From positions 1 to 40,139 of the forward strand of contig JAVZLH010000009.1 in the NCBI GenBank assembly GCA_038883855.1: a stretch of DNA of 40,139 bases, written 5' to 3'. The notes beneath the pieces are model-generated. The model saw nothing but the letters and a program-made list of their open reading frames with translations, ran no database searches and was not told the DNA's origin. Both the position numbers and the translations under genes were made by a program. Positions within the stretch are counted from its first letter, which is position 1; every line of letters begins with the position of its first letter. Source of the stretch: Candidatus Bathyarchaeia archaeon (GTDB lineage Archaea; Thermoproteota; Bathyarchaeia; Bathyarchaeales; Bathycorpusculaceae). Positions 34,872 through 40,139 of the stretch are shown here, piece after piece.

Positions 34872-36791
34872 GTGGCGAAAAATTCTGAAAAAAACAAGGT
34901 GGAAATAAGCCAATACATACTTCAACATGTCCCAAAAGAGGCTGAGGTGACAAGAATAGAGTATGAAGGACCAGCCCTAGCTATTTACACTAAAAGACCT
35001 GAACTTCTGGTTGAACAAAGCAGCGTTGTCGTAGACATAGTCAACATGATAAGAAAAAGAATAGTTGTGCGTTCAGACCCCTCTGTTAGGCTTCAAGAAA
35101 GCGAAGCTGAAAAAATAACACGCGAAATAATTCCGCCGGAGGCGGAAGTTACTGACATAAACTTTGACCCAAGCCTAGGTGAAATAATAATTGAGGCGAA
35201 AAAACCAGGGCTTGTAATCGGAAAAAACGGCGCAATTTTACAAGAAATCTTGAGGAAGACAAGGTGGCGCCCCCACGTGTTGAGGAGCCCTCCGTTGCGT
35301 TCTAAAATAGTTACTCACATGCGCCATTATCTCCATTCGGAAAGCAAAGAGAGAGAACGTATACTCCGCACGATCGGTGAAAGAATTTTCAGACCCAAAG
35401 CCTACGAGGTTGGAGACATCCGAATTACGTCTCTTGGTGGCGTTCAAGAAGTTGGGCGGTCAGCCTTTCTCATTCAAACAAGGGAAAGCAGTGTTTTACT
35501 GGACTGTGGAATAAATCCTGGTTCTTCAAAGCCTTTTGAAGCGTTTCCAAGGTTTGATAATCCAGTTTTTGAAATAGACTCTTTGGACGCTGTTGTTGTA
35601 AGCCACGCTCATCTTGACCATTGCGGTTTGGTGCCCTTCCTCTACAAGTACGGGTATGACGGTCCAGTTTATTGTTCTGCTCCAACATCAAATTTGATGA
35701 CGCTTCTCCAACTGGATTATCTTGATGTTGCCAGCAAACAGGGTATAATACCGCCTTACGACCAGAAGGATGTGCGTGAATGCGTTTTGCACACGATTCC
35801 ACTGCGTTATGGCGTTGTAACGGACATAGCTCCAGACATCCGCTTGACATTGCATAATGCCGGTCACATTTTAGGCTCTTCAATAATACATTTACACATA
35901 GGCGAAGGCTTACATAATGTTGTCTATACTGGCGACTACAAGTATGCGAGGACTATGCTGCTTGAGGCGGCTGCCACCGAGTTTCCAAGAGTTGAGACAG
36001 TAATAACCGAAAGCACTTATGGAGGTCCCGACGATGTGATGCCTTCTCGGGCTGAAGCTGAAGAGCGCTTGACAGCCATTGTAAATGAGACTTTGGAGCG
36101 TAAGGGCAAAGTCCTAATTCCTGTGCCTGCTGTTGGCAGAGCCCAAGAAATAATGCTTGTTATTGACGGTTATATGCGGCGTGGGCTAATGAAGGAAGCT
36201 CCAGTTTTCATTGAAGGCATGATTAGTGAGGCAACCGCCATTCACACGGCTTATCCCGAATATTTGGGCAGGGAGGTTCGCCACAGCATACTCCATGACG
36301 GAGTTAACCCGTTCCAGTCAGATTATTTCACGATAGTGGAGCATCCGAATGTTAGGCAAGAAATAATTGAAGGCGAACCGTGCATTATTATGGCCACTTC
36401 TGGAATGCTTGAAGGCGGTCCAGTAATAGAGTATTTTAAGCATTTGGCCGAAGACGAGAGGAACAGCGTGGTTTTTGTGAGCTACCAGATTGAAGGCACT
36501 TTGGGAAGAAGGGTGCAGAAGGGACTAAGCGAAGTTACCATGATAAATAGTGAGGGCAAAATGGACGTGGTGAAAGTTAAGCTTCGCGTAGAGTCAATTG
36601 AAGGTTTTTCTGGGCACTCGGACAGGCGCCAAATACTTAATTACATAACTTATTTGAAGCCTAAACCCGAAAGGGTCATTGTCTGTCACGGTGAGAAGGC
36701 AAAATGCCTAAGCCTAGCAAACTTCATCCAGAGAAAACACTCTGTGCAAGCGTTCGCCCCATCAATAATGGAAACCTTTAGATTACTGTAG
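34872..36791 (+). CDS. fttA: aCPSF1/FttA KH-beta-CASP ribonuclease, transcription termination factor
   Basis: N-terminal KH domains, SHAHLDH, AGHILGS, FSGHSD; downstream of psmB. Confidence 0.96.
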   Translation: MAKNSEKNKVEISQYILQHVPKEAEVTRIEYEGPALAIYTKRPELLVEQSSVVVDIVNMIRKRIVVRSDPSVRLQESEAEKITREIIPPEAEVTDINFDPSLGEIIIEAKKPGLVIGKNGAILQEILRKTRWRPHVLRSPPLRSKIVTHMRHYLHSESKERERILRTIGERIFRPKAYEVGDIRITSLGGVQEVGRSAFLIQTRESSVLLDCGINPGSSKPFEAFPRFDNPVFEIDSLDAVVVSHAHLDHCGLVPFLYKYGYDGPVYCSAPTSNLMTLLQLDYLDVASKQGIIPPYDQKDVRECVLHTIPLRYGVVTDIAPDIRLTLHNAGHILGSSIIHLHIGEGLHNVVYTGDYKYARTMLLEAAATEFPRVETVITESTYGGPDDVMPSRAEAEERLTAIVNETLERKGKVLIPVPAVGRAQEIMLVIDGYMRRGLMKEAPVFIEGMISEATAIHTAYPEYLGREVRHSILHDGVNPFQSDYFTIVEHPNVRQEIIEGEPCIIMATSGMLEGGPVIEYFKHLAEDERNSVVFVSYQIEGTLGRRVQKGLSEVTMINSEGKMDVVKVKLRVESIEGFSGHSDRRQILNYITYLKPKPERVIVCHGEKAKCLSLANFIQRKHSVQAFAPSIMETFRLL

Positions 36792-36796
36792 GCAAA

Positions 36797-37156
36797 CTAG
36801 GCTGCTGTTGGTATGGGTTCATTCGCCACTGGAGTTTTTTCGCGCCAAATCCTCACATTCGAAGGACAAACAACAATCCGTTCTTCGCCTAACCTTGCTA
36901 TGTCTCCGCCTATGGACTCAACGAACTCGCATAACTCGTTTACAGCGCGTTTAACATCATCAACGCTTTTGTTTGCGAGAGGAGTTATTCTCAAAATCAT
37001 AATGTTTCCAGATCTAACCTCGTTTTTCACGTTGTCTAAATCAGCCAGGTCGCGGAGAGGCATAGCCTTCAAATAAGTTTTTCCAGAAACCCCCCTAGTA
37101 GCGATTTCCTTTTCATTTTTTCTTGGTTTGCGAAAGATGCCGCTTAAATCTGGCAA
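36797..37156 (-). CDS. sepF: SepF-family protein
   Basis: VKNEVRSGNIMIL, GGDIARLGEERIVVCP; TTG at 37156 preferred. Confidence 0.85.
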   Translation of the reverse strand: MPDLSGIFRKPRKNEKEIATRGVSGKTYLKAMPLRDLADLDNVKNEVRSGNIMILRITPLANKSVDDVKRAVNELCEFVESIGGDIARLGEERIVVCPSNVRIWREKTPVANEPIPTAA

Positions 37157-37287
37157 ACTTCTCCTCTCTACAACAGTTATATATTCTCTCTTCAATAGTT
37201 TAAGCATTTCCTAAATTCGCGTGTGAAAAGCTAACACAGAGTTAACCATTAAAGTGTTTTATGAATTCAAAATATTGATTCAGGCGT

Positions 37288-37800
37288 TTACTCTGTCTTT
37301 TCAGCTAATTTTCTGATGAAGTTCCAGATTTTGTCGCCGACAAAATGCATGTTTTTGACAACAACGCCCTGCTTAACATTTTTGGCTTCAACTGCATCGT
37401 AAAGAATTTCTCCTATGGCGATGGGTTTTCTATGCCTCTCATCCAGGATGAGCACATAATCGCCCTTCCTAAACTCTCCATCTAAACCTACTATTCCAGG
37501 CGCCATGACGTTTGCTCCGTTGCAAATATGTGGAACCGCGCCCATGTCAACAACAACCTTAGGCGCTAGAGAGAAAAATTCATTACATATTAATGTTGGG
37601 AAGAGTTTTTCTTCAGTCTTAGCCAATAACGGCTTGCCTTTTATTAGAAAGATTTCGGCAAATTCTGTTTCAACCACTTCAACATTTAACTTTGCCTTGA
37701 AAACCTCTTCCAAATTAACCTTAAGCCTTTCAGAAACCTCTCTTAAAACAGCCTTTGCATCCTTCCCTTTAAGGAAATGCCTCCTATATTTTTGTGTCAT
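37288..37800 (-). CDS. DUF1947+PUA RNA-binding protein (MCT-1/Tma20-like)
   Basis: FPTL, VVVDMGAVPHICNGANVMAPGI, HFVGDKIW. Confidence 0.9.
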   Translation of the reverse strand: MTQKYRRHFLKGKDAKAVLREVSERLKVNLEEVFKAKLNVEVVETEFAEIFLIKGKPLLAKTEEKLFPTLICNEFFSLAPKVVVDMGAVPHICNGANVMAPGIVGLDGEFRKGDYVLILDERHRKPIAIGEILYDAVEAKNVKQGVVVKNMHFVGDKIWNFIRKLAEKTE

Positions 37801-37877
37801 CTTCTTCACTATTAGATAGATTTAAATTGTATAAGTTTAAGTATAAAAGACATAAATTACTAGTTTGAGGCTCCAGA

Positions 37878-38105
37878 ATGAGCGAGATGACAACAGAAAT
37901 CCTTGAACAAAACCTAGGAAAAATAGTTCTCGTAAGATTGAAAGGCGGAAAAAGCCTACGTGGAAGGTTGAAGGGTTTTGACCAGCACCTAAACCTTGTT
38001 TTAGAGGAGACAGAAGACACAACAAACGCTGAAAACACCAAAAAACTCGGTTTAATAATTGTCCGCGGAGACAATGTTATTTTGATTTCACCGCCGCCAA
38101 GGTGA
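37878..38105 (+). CDS. Sm-like archaeal protein (SmAP/Lsm)
   Basis: RGRLKGFDQHLNLVL, IIVRGDNV; upstream of rpl37e. Confidence 0.95.
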   Translation: MSEMTTEILEQNLGKIVLVRLKGGKSLRGRLKGFDQHLNLVLEETEDTTNAENTKKLGLIIVRGDNVILISPPPR

Positions 38106-38107
38106 CA

Positions 38108-38299
38108 ATGTTGGGAAAGGGAACGCCTTCTTTTGGCAAACGCGCCGGCAAAACACTTCATATACGCTGTAGGCGCTGTGGAAGAAGAGCCTACAACGTG
38201 TCAAAGAAGCGGTGTGCAGCGTGTGGATATGGAGAAACAACTACCATAAGAAAATATTCGTGGCAAACCCGCAGTCTACATAAAGAGCGGCTGCGTTAA
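38108..38299 (+). CDS. rpl37e: 50S ribosomal protein eL37
   Basis: GKGTPSFGKR, HIRCRRCG, CAACGYG. Confidence 0.96.
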   Translation: MLGKGTPSFGKRAGKTLHIRCRRCGRRAYNVSKKRCAACGYGETTTIRKYSWQTRSLHKERLR

Positions 38300-38304
38300 A
38301 ATAG

Positions 38305-38952
38305 CTATGGTGAGTTTGCTTCGTAGTAGGCTTTGTCTATTTTAACGTAGATAAGCGGCCCTTTGCTTCTAGCTAACTCCCTAGCCCTTTTTATGGCATT
38401 ATTTACAACGCGCATAACGTGCTCTTCTTCACTGGAAAGTTTTTGTCTCCTTTTTTCGCCTAACTCCATTTTTAAGATGTTTTCCGCTAGGATTGATGTG
38501 CCGCAGATTTCCCCGTTTTTGATAAGTGTATATGTGAGGACTTCTTGCATTTCGTGGCGGTTTGAAAGTTTCATCCATAATGGTTCAGCGTTGTTTAGGA
38601 TTTCCGTGACTCTGTTCCATTTGCTGGAGTTTTCTTTGCCTATGAGAAGCTTTACCCGTTCCACCCATTTCTTGAACCATATTCCAGTCCAAACATCCAA
38701 AAACTCGTCTAGTTCCTTGCGGTCTTCGTTGAAGATGGCTTCCAGTTTTTCCACAACTTCACAGTCGTTTGCCTCTTTCCCAATAAGATTCCAGTGGAAC
38801 TTCAAGTAATTTGTCAAGTCTTGACATGCTATTTGAAGCACTTTACGGTCCGAGCCAAAAAGCTCCAGCATCGGGTTTTTCTCTTTAAGTTTTTCTGAAA
38901 GCAATATCTCCATGAGATTCATCAAGTATCCCCGTTTTGAAGCCTTCTCCAA
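38305..38952 (-). CDS. Hypothetical protein
   Basis: 215-aa helical ORF filling the gap; true start may be 38922. Confidence 0.65.
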   Translation of the reverse strand: MEKASKRGYLMNLMEILLSEKLKEKNPMLELFGSDRKVLQIACQDLTNYLKFHWNLIGKEANDCEVVEKLEAIFNEDRKELDEFLDVWTGIWFKKWVERVKLLIGKENSSKWNRVTEILNNAEPLWMKLSNRHEMQEVLTYTLIKNGEICGTSILAENILKMELGEKRRQKLSSEEEHVMRVVNNAIKRARELARSKGPLIYVKIDKAYYEANSP

Positions 38953-39068
38953 CCTAAACTATGATGCGAGCCTTTAATTAAGCTTTATTTATAGTTGCCT
39001 CTATAACAGTTTTCACTAAGTTTTAGCCATATTACCGTTTCAGAAATATTTGTGGGCGTGTTTTTGCG

Positions 39069-39728
39069 CTATTCTAGAAGGTCTGGAAGCTGACTTAGGC
39101 TTTCTAGGATTAGGTCTGGCCTTTCCTTCACCAGTTCATGATACGAGAAAAGTCCAGATAAGACAGCAACCGTCTTTGCTCCAGCGTTTTTTCCAGCCCT
39201 AATATCCGCAACAGAATCTCCAACAACAGCGCAGTCACATGTTTGAACGCAAAGCTTTTCTGCACATTTTATTAGCGCCTCTGGAGAAGGCTTTGGACTA
39301 TGCACGTCTAAGGCCGTCATCACATGTTGAAAGTATTTTGCCAAACAAAACCTTTCCAGTTCCTCCATTATCTTTTCTTTTGGAACATAGCGCATGGTTA
39401 TCAACGCTAGCTTCGCCTTTTCTGCAAGTTTGTTGATTGTGTTTTGGACGTTTGGCATGGGTTCAGTCTTTTCAGCTGTTATGCCATAATAGGCTTTGAG
39501 GTATATTTCTAGAAACTTTTGTGCGTCAGCCTCTTTCACTAGGTCGTTTATTGGAAGATTCTGCTCAAGTCTCCTCGGAATCTCCATAGCTATTTTAACG
39601 TCAAAGTTTTCCTCTCCAATCGCCGTGAAAGCCTTTTTTGCAGCTTCCAAATACGCCTCTCTAGAATCCACTATTGTGCCATCCAAGTCTAAGAGCAGTC
39701 CCTTAACTCTTAGCTTCGCCATTTTCAT
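39069..39728 (-). CDS. HAD-superfamily phosphatase (phosphoglycolate phosphatase-like)
   Basis: DLDGT, KPSP, VGDSVADI motifs. Confidence 0.93.
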   Translation of the reverse strand: MKMAKLRVKGLLLDLDGTIVDSREAYLEAAKKAFTAIGEENFDVKIAMEIPRRLEQNLPINDLVKEADAQKFLEIYLKAYYGITAEKTEPMPNVQNTINKLAEKAKLALITMRYVPKEKIMEELERFCLAKYFQHVMTALDVHSPKPSPEALIKCAEKLCVQTCDCAVVGDSVADIRAGKNAGAKTVAVLSGLFSYHELVKERPDLILESLSQLPDLLE

Positions 39729-39964
39729 CGCCTAGTCTACAATTATGCCAATACCAATAGCGGCTTAACAAGATAAGGTTTTATTTAACGTTAGGTTTAG
39801 GCTGGAAAACCTAGAGGGGCTATCACTATTGGTTGCCGAACAAGCCTAAAATTGGCACAGCGGCGAAATCAGAAAACAGTCGTCGATAAGTTTTTATTTG
39901 CGGTTAATTGTCTATGGTAAATACCCACAACAAATGTGTATAGAAGCTTAGGAAATGATGAGCG

Positions 39965-40139
39965 ATGGCAAGAAAAGCCAGAATACGCTTAACAAGCACG
40001 GACTACAAGAAGCTTGAAGAAGTATGCGAGGAACTGAAAAGCATCGCCCAGAAAACAGGAGTGAAAATGAACGGTCCCATCCCCCTCCCAACAAAGAGGC
40101 TCAAGGTTCCTGTTTTAAAATCTCCTTGCGGTGAGGGAA
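39965..40139 (+). CDS. rpsJ: 30S ribosomal protein uS10, runs off the window edge
   Basis: Manual translation [11 protein letters not shown]...[22 protein letters not shown]. Confidence 0.96.
   Translation, partial: MARKARIRLTSTDYKKLEEVCEELKSIAQKTGVKMNGPIPLPTKRLKVPVLKSPCGEG

Noticed and set aside
34219-38299. psmB-fttA and Sm-rpl37e clustering as a novel system
   Set aside because: Well-known conserved archaeal gene neighbourhoods
38363-38809. 148-aa plus-strand ORF
   Set aside because: Antisense to the longer 38305-38952 ORF, with Ser/Phe-rich shadow composition

Overview
Archaeal chromosome segment, most consistent with Bathyarchaeia/TACK (rpl13e, crenarchaeal-type SSB, egsA, geranylgeranyl reductase, aCPSF1/FttA). 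Most of it is housekeeping: SSB, malic enzyme, pyrG, the rpl15e-rpl13e-RNase P protein cluster, FKBP, egsA, psmB-fttA, Sm-rpl37e, the start of rps10, tRNA-Val(CAC) and tRNA-Phe(GAA). Two accessory regions stand out. (1) A ~2.2-kb internally deleted integrated element (14521-16711) is bounded by imperfect inverted ends and a TTTTTA direct core that would rejoin as a palindromic junction. It carries 5'-truncated HNH and AAA+/MCM-like genes fused back to back, a minimal AEP-primase-like gene, small basic and Cys-rich ORFs, and an iteron-like repeat cluster. (2) A decaying island 3' of tRNA-Phe (~24053-29740) has an integrase-tail remnant, several pseudogenes and a 42-bp intragenic direct repeat bracketing 3.1 kb. 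An unannotated box C/D guide RNA at ~21943-22008 has guides complementary to the 23S rRNA peptidyl-transferase centre. All family assignments are by eye from motifs; no searches were run.
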